Positions 46,236 through 55,511 of a DNA stretch of 64,000 nt are shown here, one piece after another. The notes below the pieces were generated by a model, which had not been told where the DNA came from, made no database searches, and saw nothing but the letters and a program-made list of their open reading frames with translations. Numbering within the stretch: position 1 is the first letter of the stretch; the number at the start of each line of letters is the position of its first letter. The position numbers and the translations under genes are program-made. Where the stretch lies: assembly GCA_002747105.1 (NCBI GenBank), contig PDSY01000016.1, positions 28,473-92,472 of the forward strand, read 5' to 3'. This DNA is from Flavobacteriales bacterium (GTDB lineage: Bacteria > Bacteroidota > Bacteroidia > Flavobacteriales > Weeksellaceae).

Positions 46236-48344
46236 TTACTTATTGTCTTTGTAATAATTGACTCCACATTCCAAGAAGTTTTTAAAGTCTTCTTTTGGCA
46301 TATATCCAGAAACAGGATTGTTGATGACTTTTCCTTCTGGTGTGATTAGAACATAAAGTGGCTGAGAGTTATTCTCGAAATTCACCTGTTGGAACATACT
46401 CCATCTATCACCAATGGTTTTAATCTTTTTCTTCTGACCGCCACCCATATCTATTTTCATTTGTTGGTCTTTTGGTAGTTCTTCTTTATCATCTACATAA
46501 AGCGAAACCAAAACCACTTCGTTTTGAAGTGTTGGAAGGATATCATCTTCACTCCATACAAATTCCTCCATTTTACGGCAGTTTTCACAACCATAACCTG
46601 TGAAGTCTAATAAGATAGGCTTGTTTTCTTTTTTGGCTAATTCAATCGCTTTATAATAATCGTGTTCAGGATGCATTCCTAAAATTCCGTCGCCTTCTTT
46701 GTGGAAATAACTCACATTTAATGGAGGCAAAATTCCACTTAACGCTTGTAATTTTGGCTTTTCTGATGGTATTAATCCTTGAATTAAATAGACTAAGAAT
46801 CCAATTCCTAAAACACCCATTATTTTTCTCGTGATAGAGATTTTTTCGTTTTTGTCATCGTGAGGAAATCTAATTAATCCGAATAAATAAAGCACTAATC
46901 CAATGGTTATGATAATCCATATTGCGATAAACAATTCTCTTTTTAAGAAGTTTGTTTTCATTACTAAATCGGCTTTGGATAAGAATTTCAAGGCTAATCC
47001 TACTTCGATAAATCCTAAGATAACCTTAATGGTATTCATCCAACCACCTGATTTTGGTAGACTGTGTAAGGCTTGAGGGAATAATGCCAATAATCCGAAG
47101 ATAATCCCCCAGCTCAGTCCAAATCCTGCTAATGCAAAAGTAAGTAACATTGGAACATTGGTTGCTCCTGTTATTGCCCCTCCTAATAAGCTTCCTAAAA
47201 TAGGACCTGTACAAGAGAATGAAACGATAACCAATGTCAATGCCATAAAGAATAATCCAATTAATCCTCCTGCAGCTTCCGCTTTTGAAGATTTGTTGGC
47301 AATAGAACTCGGTAGGGTGATTTCATAATATCCAAAGAAACTTCCTGCGAAGAAAAGGAATATGGCGAAAAAGGCAAGATTCAACCATACGCTTGTTGAA
47401 ATTTCGTTAAAAATATTTCCTGCAATTCCATCAATAATATGGAAAGGAACACTTAAAAGTATAAAGATTAATAATATAAAAAAACCATAAATTAAGGCAT
47501 CTCTTCTTCCTTTGGCTTTGTTGTGTGCACCTTTGGTAAAGTAAGAAACCGTTAATGGAATCATTGGGAATACGCAAGGTGTAAGCAATGCAATCAATCC
47601 ACCTATAAAGCCTAAGAAAAGGATTTTCCAATAGCTTTCAGATTTTTTCTCTTGTTTTGTTCCACAATCTGTTAATGGTTTTTTATAGTCTAAACTATTG
47701 ATTTTTAAATCTTTATTATTTTTTTGGGCTTTAGTTTCTTCTACTATTGTTTCGGTAGGTTTGTCGGCTTCAGTAGGAAGTGGAGCGACTACAGTTTCGT
47801 CTTCCTTTTTTGCTGTAACTTCCTCTTTTTTATCCTCCTTTTTGTCTTCTGCTTTTGATTGTTCTTCTTTTTTTGGTGTATTTGCAGCTGCTTTTATTTC
47901 TTTTTCAAATTCCAAAGCGGTCGGAGCAATACACATCTTGTCGTTACAACATTGGTAATAAATTTCCGTTACAGCCTTTGCAGGTTTTGCAGGATCTTTC
48001 ACTTTGAATTTTTGTTTCATTTGGACAGTGTTTGAGAAATAAACAATCTCCACTTCAAAAGCTTCTGAATATTCTTTTTCTTTTTTACCCACTTCTGTAA
48101 CGCCTCCAATGGTTTGGATATTATCTCCTGTAACGGTCATTTCCGTTGGGATTCCTGGACAATCTGGTAAGTCTTTAGAGTAAATATGCCAACCTTTATC
48201 AATATTTGCGGTTAGGATGGCTTCATATTGCCCATTGGACAATTTTTTTACATCGTATTTAAACTTTACAGGGTTTTGAACTTGTGCATTAAAACTCGTG
48301 ATAATAAAGGTTAATGCAAGGATAAACCAATTTCTAATTTTCAT
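46236..48344 (-). CDS. dsbD: protein-disulfide reductase DsbD family protein
   Basis: N-terminal DsbD-alpha-like domain, CcdA-type core 'LTPCVFPMIPL', and a C-terminal thioredoxin 'GYGCENCRKME'. Confidence 0.9.
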   Translation of the reverse strand: MKIRNWFILALTFIITSFNAQVQNPVKFKYDVKKLSNGQYEAILTANIDKGWHIYSKDLPDCPGIPTEMTVTGDNIQTIGGVTEVGKKEKEYSEAFEVEIVYFSNTVQMKQKFKVKDPAKPAKAVTEIYYQCCNDKMCIAPTALEFEKEIKAAANTPKKEEQSKAEDKKEDKKEEVTAKKEDETVVAPLPTEADKPTETIVEETKAQKNNKDLKINSLDYKKPLTDCGTKQEKKSESYWKILFLGFIGGLIALLTPCVFPMIPLTVSYFTKGAHNKAKGRRDALIYGFFILLIFILLSVPFHIIDGIAGNIFNEISTSVWLNLAFFAIFLFFAGSFFGYYEITLPSSIANKSSKAEAAGGLIGLFFMALTLVIVSFSCTGPILGSLLGGAITGATNVPMLLTFALAGFGLSWGIIFGLLALFPQALHSLPKSGGWMNTIKVILGFIEVGLALKFLSKADLVMKTNFLKRELFIAIWIIITIGLVLYLFGLIRFPHDDKNEKISITRKIMGVLGIGFLVYLIQGLIPSEKPKLQALSGILPPLNVSYFHKEGDGILGMHPEHDYYKAIELAKKENKPILLDFTGYGCENCRKMEEFVWSEDDILPTLQNEVVLVSLYVDDKEELPKDQQMKIDMGGGQKKKIKTIGDRWSMFQQVNFENNSQPLYVLITPEGKVINNPVSGYMPKEDFKNFLECGVNYYKDNK

Positions 48345-48352
48345 TTTTCTAT

Positions 48353-49675
48353 TTAATTAGTTATTTTTAATATTGATGAATTTTCTTTGTGAAATTGCTT
48401 TTTTCGGTCTTGTCGAAATGGAATAACACCTAAAATTTGTTCGTTATCACAAAGTATCCAAATTTTTTGTTTTGCGAAAATAGACAATTTTTTGTCTTTA
48501 AAAAAATTTGACACTTTCTTTTTCCCAGACATTCCTATTGGGTAGAAAAAATCGCCGTCTTTTTTCCGTCTTAAATAGACTGGGAATTTAATATTTTCAA
48601 GGTTGAAATTCCACTCAAACTCTCCTTCAAAATCAATGAAATCCGAAAGTGAAATCGAATTCTTTATCTTTTCTAAATCTTCTTTTCTCTCTATTAAAAC
48701 GATTGAGTCTTGATTCTTGGTTCTTGACTCTTGGTTCTTGACTCTTGGTTCTTGACTCCTGATAATCAACTCGTTTCTATTGATGGTTAATTGGTAATCT
48801 TTCGTTAGGAAAATTTTCCCTGACTCTGCTGAAAATATTTTTTGAATTTCTTTTTCTGCATTAAAACCAAACTTCCTTAAAATTTCAAATTGCACAAAAG
48901 CACTTTGTTTTTCCAGTGCTGATTTATTGAAGATAATTTCATTGTTATTTTGAGTGATCGTCAATTCGTTTTGAATGTTTTGAATTTGTTCCTCAATGAA
49001 AGACTGTGCATCATTCAAATAGCGAAAGGTTTTTCGACTGTTTTCAATAAGTTGAGGTTGGATTTCCTCCATTTCAGGAATGATTTTATTTCTCAACTGA
49101 TTTCTCACATAGTCGTTTTTAGCATTTGTTTTATCTTCTCGGAAATCGATTTTTTGAGTTTTGGCGAAAGCGTATAATTCCTCTTTCTTGAAATTTAACA
49201 AAGGTCTAATTATCTCATTATTTTTTTGAGGAATACCTTTTAAGCCTTTTAAACCTGTGCCTCGGGAGAAGTTAATGAAAAAAGTTTCTACATTATCGTT
49301 CAAATGATGAGCTGTAACGATAAAGTCTAATTTTTCTTCCTTTTTAATTTGCTTAAAGAAACGGTAGCGCAAATCTCTTGCCCATTCTTGAATAGCGTTT
49401 TTGGGCTTTTGGTCACTTTCTGAGACTTGATAAAGCTGAAATGGAATATTTCTTTTTTGGCAAAAATCACGAACTAATTTTTCATCTAAATCTGAATCTT
49501 TTTTTCGTAATTGGTAATTGATATGAGCAATCTGGAAATTTAATTTTAATTGATAAAACAAATCCGCTAAAACCATAGAATCTACTCCGCCACTTACAGC
49601 GAGTAAGTAGCGTTTATCTTGGAAATCAGGTGCTATAATTTCTAACTGATATTTGAAATTTTCAAGGTTTAACAT
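48353..49675 (-). CDS. tilS: tRNA lysidine(34) synthetase TilS
   Basis: PP-loop 'LAVSGGVDSMVL' and 'TAHHLNDNVETF'. It contains an in-frame low-complexity insert 'SQEPRVKNQESRTKNQDS'. Confidence 0.92.
   Translation of the reverse strand: MLNLENFKYQLEIIAPDFQDKRYLLAVSGGVDSMVLADLFYQLKLNFQIAHINYQLRKKDSDLDEKLVRDFCQKRNIPFQLYQVSESDQKPKNAIQEWARDLRYRFFKQIKKEEKLDFIVTAHHLNDNVETFFINFSRGTGLKGLKGIPQKNNEIIRPLLNFKKEELYAFAKTQKIDFREDKTNAKNDYVRNQLRNKIIPEMEEIQPQLIENSRKTFRYLNDAQSFIEEQIQNIQNELTITQNNNEIIFNKSALEKQSAFVQFEILRKFGFNAEKEIQKIFSAESGKIFLTKDYQLTINRNELIIRSQEPRVKNQESRTKNQDSIVLIERKEDLEKIKNSISLSDFIDFEGEFEWNFNLENIKFPVYLRRKKDGDFFYPIGMSGKKKVSNFFKDKKLSIFAKQKIWILCDNEQILGVIPFRQDRKKQFHKENSSILKITN
48706..48761. repeat. 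heptamer (CAAGAnn on the coding strand) tandem array inside tilS
   Basis: Eight 7-nt units (four 14-nt super-units 'gttcttgactcttg') encoding 'QEPRVKNQESRTKNQD'. Confidence 0.85.
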
Positions 49676-49690
49676 AAAAAACAAAGGTAA

Positions 49691-50257
49691 TTATTTCGCT
49701 AACTCTTTCAAAAAGGCAAGAAATTCATCGGTGTTGTAATTGGCAGTTCCCGAATGTTGGAAAACCATATCGCCATTTTTGTTCAAGACGATTGTGGTTG
49801 GTAGCGTTCCTTGAAACCAATCTTGGGGAATAGTAGAGCTGATGGCGTAATTATCCAAATGGATATTTTTGGACTGTAAATATGCGTTGGTTTCCTGCAA
49901 ATTCCCATCAACATCTACGAGTATGAAAACGATATTGTTATCTTTCGTTTTGGTTTTCAAATCATTAATGCTTGGTATTTCTGCAAGGCAAGACGGACAC
50001 CATTTTGCCCAAAAACTCACCAAAACAACTTTGTTTTTTAAATCTTGAAACTGGGTCATTGTTCCATTTTCTTGTATCAATTGAATTTGTAAATTCTCAG
50101 GGGTTTTACTAATGACTTTTTGCTCAATTTTAGGCTGAAAAAGTCCAATTTTCATTAATGAAGAAAGCAAGGTGGCTTTCACACTCGGCACGAAAATCAT
50201 CAAACCAATAAATACAATAAGGAGTATGGTGATGATATTGGATAGGAGATTTTTCAT
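49691..50257 (-). CDS. TlpA family thiol:disulfide oxidoreductase
   Basis: N-terminal anchor and the thioredoxin motif 'FWAKWCPSC'. Confidence 0.85.
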   Translation of the reverse strand: MKNLLSNIITILLIVFIGLMIFVPSVKATLLSSLMKIGLFQPKIEQKVISKTPENLQIQLIQENGTMTQFQDLKNKVVLVSFWAKWCPSCLAEIPSINDLKTKTKDNNIVFILVDVDGNLQETNAYLQSKNIHLDNYAISSTIPQDWFQGTLPTTIVLNKNGDMVFQHSGTANYNTDEFLAFLKELAK

Positions 50258-50386
50258 CTTTTTTTTTGGTGGTAAAGATAAGCAAAAAAGTACTAAGAAC
50301 GATTTAGGTATTGGTCATAAAATGATAAAAAATGTTAAAAACAGCCATTATGGGGTGCCTGTATTTTTTTATTCAAATTAATATTG

Positions 50387-50394
50387 TAACTTTG
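50387..50394 (+). promoter_or_regulatory. Bacteroidota-type -7 box (TAnnTTTG)
   Basis: 'taactttg' lies upstream of the OmpA-family gene. Confidence 0.45.
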
Positions 50395-50417
50395 GTTGAA
50401 CAAATAATTAGAGAATT

Positions 50418-51251
50418 ATGAAGAAAGTGAAAATTTCAGCACTCGCATTGATTATTTTATCATTGACGAGTTGTGTGAGTAAAAAGAAGTTCGATGCGTT
50501 GAATACCAATTATAAACAATGTATCGAAAATGTAGCAGAAAGACAAAGGGAGATTCAAAGCTTGAAGTCTCAAAATACCGCTTTAGTAAGTGAAAATGAT
50601 TTGTTAAAAGGTCAGCACGATGCTTTGAAGGCTTCTTTAGATGCTTGTTTGTCTAATTCTGGAAAATCGTCTGCGAATATTGATAAATTGGTTGGGGAAA
50701 TCAGATCTTCTAATGCATATATCAAAAGGTTGATTTCTACCAATGCTAAAAATGATAGTTTAAATTTAGCGTTGTCCAATAAACTGAAACGCTCTTTAAA
50801 TAATATTTCCGATGAAGATGTTCAAGTGAAAGTATTAAAAGGGGTGGTTATGATTTCTCTATCGGATAAGATGTTGTACAAAACAGGAGAATATGATGTT
50901 TTGCCAACAGCTAAAACCGTATTAGGAAAAGTGGCAAAAGTGGTGAATGATTATGATAAATATTCTGTTCTTATCGAAGGAAATACAGATAATGTTCCGT
51001 TAAGTTCGGCTAATTTACCGAGAGATAACTGGGATTTATCAGCTTTAAGAGCAACAGCGGTAGCGAAAATTCTTCAGAATGAATTCGGTGTTGATCCATC
51101 AAGAATTACAGCAGGTGGACGAAGCGAATACAATCCAAAGGCGACCAATATGTCGGTTTCAGGAAGAGCAATCAACAGACGAACAGAAATTATTATTATG
51201 CCAAAATTGGATGAATTCATGAAATTAATGAATATTTCCAAAAAGAAATAA
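50418..51251 (+). CDS. OmpA family lipoprotein
   Basis: Lipobox 'SLTSC', a coiled-coil segment, and an OmpA-like domain 'GNTDNVP...NRRTEIII'. Confidence 0.85.
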   Translation: MKKVKISALALIILSLTSCVSKKKFDALNTNYKQCIENVAERQREIQSLKSQNTALVSENDLLKGQHDALKASLDACLSNSGKSSANIDKLVGEIRSSNAYIKRLISTNAKNDSLNLALSNKLKRSLNNISDEDVQVKVLKGVVMISLSDKMLYKTGEYDVLPTAKTVLGKVAKVVNDYDKYSVLIEGNTDNVPLSSANLPRDNWDLSALRATAVAKILQNEFGVDPSRITAGGRSEYNPKATNMSVSGRAINRRTEIIIMPKLDEFMKLMNISKKK

Positions 51252-51274
51252 TAGTAGTGGAGGTCCAATAATGG

Positions 51275-51304
51275 GAGCGTAGTGATGGCTACGCTCTTTT
51301 TTTT
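51275..51304 (+). terminator. rho-independent terminator of the OmpA-family gene
   Basis: Stem 'gagcgtag'/'ctacgctc' followed by T8. Confidence 0.8.
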
Positions 51305-51415
51305 ATGATAGTCCAGTAGAAAAATTATCCTGTACGCTCTTGTTCCTATGTTACCCATATAATAATATTTTGGTTCTTTTTTTTGAAAAATAAAATGATT
51401 TTATTTAAAAAAAGA

Positions 51416-51423
51416 CTATATTT
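51416..51423 (+). promoter_or_regulatory. Bacteroidota-type -7 box (TAnnTTTG)
   Basis: 'tatatttg' lies upstream of the ATG at 51454. Confidence 0.4.
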
Positions 51424-51453
51424 GTGTCGTTTAACAAATTAATATTATATAAA

Positions 51454-51780
51454 ATGAAATTAAAATTAAAAAAGATTGATCCGATTAAATACTCTTTAAT
51501 CTGTTCCCTTATCGTGGGTGTTGTAATGTTTTTAACCTTTGCTTTACTTTCTGTTTTTGGAGGTTTTATGTCTTCTATTATCGGAGATGAAATTGGTAAA
51601 ATGGGACTTATATTTGGAGGTAGTTTTTTTATATTAATATTTGTAGCTTTCTTTTATATGGTTATTACATTTATTTTTTCTTTGATTTCGATTGTTATTT
51701 TTAATTTTGTTTTATCTAAAACGGGAGGTTTAGAAATGGAATTTGAAAATCAGGATTATGAACAATTAACAAATAATTAA
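51454..51780 (+). CDS. hypothetical membrane protein
   Basis: ATG start 31 nt after a TAnnTTTG box. Three predicted TM helices, with a terminator downstream. Confidence 0.5.
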   Translation: MKLKLKKIDPIKYSLICSLIVGVVMFLTFALLSVFGGFMSSIIGDEIGKMGLIFGGSFFILIFVAFFYMVITFIFSLISIVIFNFVLSKTGGLEMEFENQDYEQLTNN

Positions 51781-51855
51781 TTTTTGATCATCAACCATCT
51801 GAATTTTTGAGCTTGAAAAAAAGAATGGTAGAAAAATAAACAAACTTCTAAAAAA

Positions 51856-51880
51856 AATCCTAGTTTAATTAGGATTTTTT
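51856..51880 (+). terminator. rho-independent terminator
   Basis: Stem 'aatccta'/'taggatt' followed by a T-run. Confidence 0.6.
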
Positions 51881-51887
51881 ATTTTTG
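51880..51887 (+). promoter_or_regulatory. Bacteroidota-type -7 box (TAnnTTTG)
   Basis: 'tatttttg' lies upstream of the O-methyltransferase gene. Confidence 0.45.
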
Positions 51888-51903
51888 TAATTAAAATAAA
51901 TCA

Positions 51904-52551
51904 ATGAGTTTTTTTGAAGAGCGATGTCCTAAAATGGACAGGTATTTGGAGCTAAATGCTTCTGGGGAATCCGATTTGCTGAAAAGATTGAGGAAGGAAA
52001 CTTATCTCAAGACTACCCATCCACACATGGTTTCGGGTGTTCAGCAGGGGCGGTTTTTAGCGTTGATTTCTAAAATGTTACGACCTCAAAATATTTTGGA
52101 AATAGGCACTTTTACAGGGTATTCTTCTCTGTGTTTAGCAGAAGGATTAGCCATAGATGGAAGGCTAACAACCCTTGATGTCAACGAAGATTTAGCCTAT
52201 ATTCCTCAAAAATATTTTCAGGAAAGCGAGTTTTCGGAGCAAATTGATTTTAAATTAGAATCGGCAACGGATTTTTTAAAAACGACAACGGAAAAGTTTG
52301 ATTTAGTTTTCATTGATGCAGATAAAGAAAATTATATTCATTATTTTGAACTGATAAAACCGAAAATCAATTCGGGAGGATTTATTTTATTTGATAATGT
52401 ATTGTGGTACGGACAAGTTCTGGAGGAAAATCCAAAGCGAGAAGCCACCAAAATCTTAAAAAAACTCAACGAACAAATCGCAAAAGACCCCGATTTTGAA
52501 AATGTTATTATACCTTTGCGAGACGGAATAAATATTGTAAGAAAAAAATGA
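51904..52551 (+). CDS. class I SAM-dependent O-methyltransferase (caffeoyl-CoA OMT-like)
   Basis: 'ILEIGTFTGYS' SAM motif and 'FIDADKENY'. Confidence 0.85.
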   Translation: MSFFEERCPKMDRYLELNASGESDLLKRLRKETYLKTTHPHMVSGVQQGRFLALISKMLRPQNILEIGTFTGYSSLCLAEGLAIDGRLTTLDVNEDLAYIPQKYFQESEFSEQIDFKLESATDFLKTTTEKFDLVFIDADKENYIHYFELIKPKINSGGFILFDNVLWYGQVLEENPKREATKILKKLNEQIAKDPDFENVIIPLRDGINIVRKK

Positions 52552-53255
52552 AAGCCATTTGTAATGTAACCATCACGCCTTTAAGGATTAACGCCGATGA
52601 GTTGTCTTTAATGATTTCCCAACTTTTGTATGGCGAAAAAGTAAGTGTCATGGCAGAAGAAAAAGGGTTTGTAAAGGTAATGACGCTTTTTGATAGCGTA
52701 GAGGCTTGGGTAGATAAAAGGCATCTTACCATGATTTCTGAGGAGGAGTGTGATGATGAAAATCAAAGGGTTTGTAGAGAGAGTTTTTATGCTTCGGGCG
52801 AGGAAGGTCAGCAGTTGGTGCTATTGGGTTCTGAACTGATGGGTAGAAAACAAGAACTCAAAACCGAGGTTTCCGAAATTGTGAAAACGGCTCATCAATT
52901 ATTAAATACACCTTATTTATTAGGTGGGCGAAGTGTGATGGGATTTGATGCGAGTGGTTTTATTCAGATGGTTTTTAAAGTCAATGGAATGAGTTTGCCG
53001 AGAGAAGTAGACAAGCAATCCGAAATGGGAGAGTCTTTGTTTTTTCTGGGAGAAAATCAGGCGGGAGATTTGGCGTTTTTTGAAAATGAACATGGCGATA
53101 TTTGTCATGTAGGTTTAATGTTAGAAGACAACCGAATTATCCACGTGCACGATAGGGTAAGGATTGATCAATTGGACAGTTCAGGGATTTTTAATGCCGA
53201 TGAAAAGCGACATACTCATAAATTGAGATTTGTCAAAAGGTTGATTACTATTTAA
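52548..53255 (+). CDS. C40 (NlpC/P60) family peptidase homolog
   Basis: 'PYLLGGRSVMGFDASGF' and 'GDLAFF...CHVGLM..IIHV' show the NlpC/P60 layout. Ala occupies the position where the nucleophile Cys is expected. Confidence 0.8.
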   Translation: MKAICNVTITPLRINADELSLMISQLLYGEKVSVMAEEKGFVKVMTLFDSVEAWVDKRHLTMISEEECDDENQRVCRESFYASGEEGQQLVLLGSELMGRKQELKTEVSEIVKTAHQLLNTPYLLGGRSVMGFDASGFIQMVFKVNGMSLPREVDKQSEMGESLFFLGENQAGDLAFFENEHGDICHVGLMLEDNRIIHVHDRVRIDQLDSSGIFNADEKRHTHKLRFVKRLITI

Positions 53256-53264
53256 TTTCGATTG

Positions 53265-54509
53265 ATGAAATTACTTTATATTATTTTTATTGAATTATTG
53301 AGGGTTGGACTTTGGTTGGGTTCGTTTTTCAATGATAAATTAAAAAAAGGTTGGCAAGGTAGAAAACAAAGTTTTGCTAAAGTTGGTCGTGCTTTTACGA
53401 AAAGGGACAAGGTCATTTGGATGCATGCCGCAAGTTTGGGAGAATATGAGCAAGGTTTGCCTGTGTTGGAAAAATTAAAGCAACAATATCCTGATTATAA
53501 GATTTTGGTCAGTTTTTTTTCGCCTTCGGGTTACGAAAATGTAGTTAAGAAAAAAACGATTGCCGATGTAATTTGTTATTTACCTTTGGATAGAAAGTCC
53601 GAAATAAGAGCGTTTTTAGACTTAATGAATATTCAGATTTTCTTCACGGTAAAATACGATTATTGGTATCATTTATTAAACGAATTAAAGAAAAGGAAGG
53701 TTAAGGTTTTTGTGATTTCTGCATTGTTTTATCCTAATCAAGTTTTTTTTAAGTCTTATGGGCGGTTTTTCGTTCAGCAATTAAAAAATAATATTGATTG
53801 GTTTTTTCATCAGAATAAAGCTTCATTTGACTTAGCTAAAAATATTGGTTTAGAAAAATCTTCTATTGCTGGTGATACTCGTTATGACCGAGTAAAGGAA
53901 AATGCCCAAAATGCGGTGAAAGTTCCTTTTATTAAAGATTTTCTTCAAGGGCAAAAATGTGTGGTTTTTGGAAGTGCTTGGCAAGCTGAAGAAAAGGTGG
54001 CTGAAATTTTAGCACATCAATTTGAGGGTAAAATCATCATTGCTCCTCACGATTTAAAAAGAGTGCAGAATTTATTGCAAATCTTTCCCAACGCCTTGCG
54101 ATATTCTGAATTTGAGAATAAAGGAGTAATTGCCAAAAGCCAAATTTTAATTATTGATTGCATAGGCTTATTGTCTAATTTGTACGCTTACGCTGATGTT
54201 TCGGTCGTTGGTGGAGGATTTCATTCGGCTGGGTTGCATAATATTTTGGAATCTGCGGTTTTTGGAAATCCTGTTTTGTTTGGTAATCAGTATCAAAATC
54301 ACCCTGAAGCAGATGATTTAATTCGAGCAAAAGGAGGTCAGTCTTTCCGTACCGAAGAAATGTTAGCCGAAGAACTTATGTGTCTTTTAAACAATGATGA
54401 AAAGCGTTTAGCGATGAGCGAAAATGCAAGGCAGTTTATTATTCATCAGCCTAATGCTTCCCGTCATATTTTGACTAAAATAGCAACTGATTTTTCATCG
54501 AGTTTATAA
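53265..54509 (+). CDS. waaA: 3-deoxy-D-manno-octulosonic acid transferase
   Basis: 'WMHAASLGEYEQGLPV' and 'VGGGF...GLHNILE' are KdtA/WaaA motifs. Confidence 0.9.
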   Translation: MKLLYIIFIELLRVGLWLGSFFNDKLKKGWQGRKQSFAKVGRAFTKRDKVIWMHAASLGEYEQGLPVLEKLKQQYPDYKILVSFFSPSGYENVVKKKTIADVICYLPLDRKSEIRAFLDLMNIQIFFTVKYDYWYHLLNELKKRKVKVFVISALFYPNQVFFKSYGRFFVQQLKNNIDWFFHQNKASFDLAKNIGLEKSSIAGDTRYDRVKENAQNAVKVPFIKDFLQGQKCVVFGSAWQAEEKVAEILAHQFEGKIIIAPHDLKRVQNLLQIFPNALRYSEFENKGVIAKSQILIIDCIGLLSNLYAYADVSVVGGGFHSAGLHNILESAVFGNPVLFGNQYQNHPEADDLIRAKGGQSFRTEEMLAEELMCLLNNDEKRLAMSENARQFIIHQPNASRHILTKIATDFSSSL

Positions 54510-54515
54510 ATTTTT

Positions 54516-55268
54516 TTAATTGAATATTTTAGCATATTTCAAAAATCCATTGAAAGCCCAGTGTGCCGTGTAGTAAAGAGATTTGAGTGTAGAAAACTTC
54601 ATGAAATCTTTATAGACGAGGTATTGGTCTTTCATGATATTAGATTTTTTCCTTGAAACGCTATTTTCTCGCATTCGGTATTTTGCCATGGTTTTGGGTA
54701 GCGGATAGCCTTTGTCTATTTTTTGAAGGAGATTGAGCCACATAATGTGGTCTTCTCTTTTGGTGTTTTCTGGGAAGAACATCTTGCCTATCCTTTGAGA
54801 GTCATACATTGAGGAGAGTAAGGAAAGTCGGCAAGTTTTTAATAGATTGTCGAAGGTAACAATTGTATCGGCTTGAAAATCTTTAATTTGCGGAATCATT
54901 TTTTCGTTACATCTCGCATAATTGGAGTAGGCTAATTCGTAATTGTTCTTAGTCATAAAACCGACCATTTCTGCCAAGAAATTGTTCTCCCAAATATCAT
55001 CAGCGTCCAAAAAAGTGATGAATCTCCCTGATGCTTTTTCTAAGGCGATATTTCTGGCTTTTCCCGCTCCGCCGTTATGTTTAGCTGTCTGTAACTTAAT
55101 CCTATCATCATCAAATTGCTGAATAATCGAAACGGTTTCATCTGTAGAACAATCATCTGTGATAAGCCATTCCCAATCGGTAAAGGATTGGTCGAGAACA
55201 CAGTGTATCGTTTCTTCGATAAACTCAGCTGAATTATAACAAGGCGTGATGATGGATACCGTCGGCAT
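54516..55268 (-). CDS. glycosyltransferase family 2 protein
   Basis: 'VSIITPCYN', 'DDCSTD' and 'FLDADD' are GT2 motifs. Confidence 0.9.
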   Translation of the reverse strand: MPTVSIITPCYNSAEFIEETIHCVLDQSFTDWEWLITDDCSTDETVSIIQQFDDDRIKLQTAKHNGGAGKARNIALEKASGRFITFLDADDIWENNFLAEMVGFMTKNNYELAYSNYARCNEKMIPQIKDFQADTIVTFDNLLKTCRLSLLSSMYDSQRIGKMFFPENTKREDHIMWLNLLQKIDKGYPLPKTMAKYRMRENSVSRKKSNIMKDQYLVYKDFMKFSTLKSLYYTAHWAFNGFLKYAKIFN

Positions 55269-55323
55269 AATGTTTTTATTTGCAAATATAAACTTAGTTT
55301 TTTGAATAATTAAAAAAAAAATG

Positions 55324-55331
55324 TATATTTG
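55324..55331 (+). promoter_or_regulatory. Bacteroidota-type -7 box (TAnnTTTG) with an unusually long leader
   Basis: 'tatatttg' lies 181 nt upstream of the first lipocalin-like gene. Confidence 0.4.
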
Positions 55332-55511
55332 CCTACTCGCAATGCTTAGAATTTGTTAAAAATGAGGGAGTTATTGTTCTTGTTTTCAATAGTTTTGATA
55401 TTGGTTTAGAAAATAAGTTGAGAAGTCATCTTATTCAAGGTTTTTCGGTTGTTAAAGGAAGGCTCATTGCGAAATTCAGAAAGTGAAGAAAAATAAATTT
55501 AAAAGAAGAAA

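Noticed and set aside
50172-50381. 69-aa plus-strand ORF upstream of the OmpA-family gene (and 51074..51358 on the minus strand)
   Set aside because: The first overlaps the 5' end of the TlpA gene in antisense. The second overlaps the OmpA 3' end and its terminator. Neither has supporting features.
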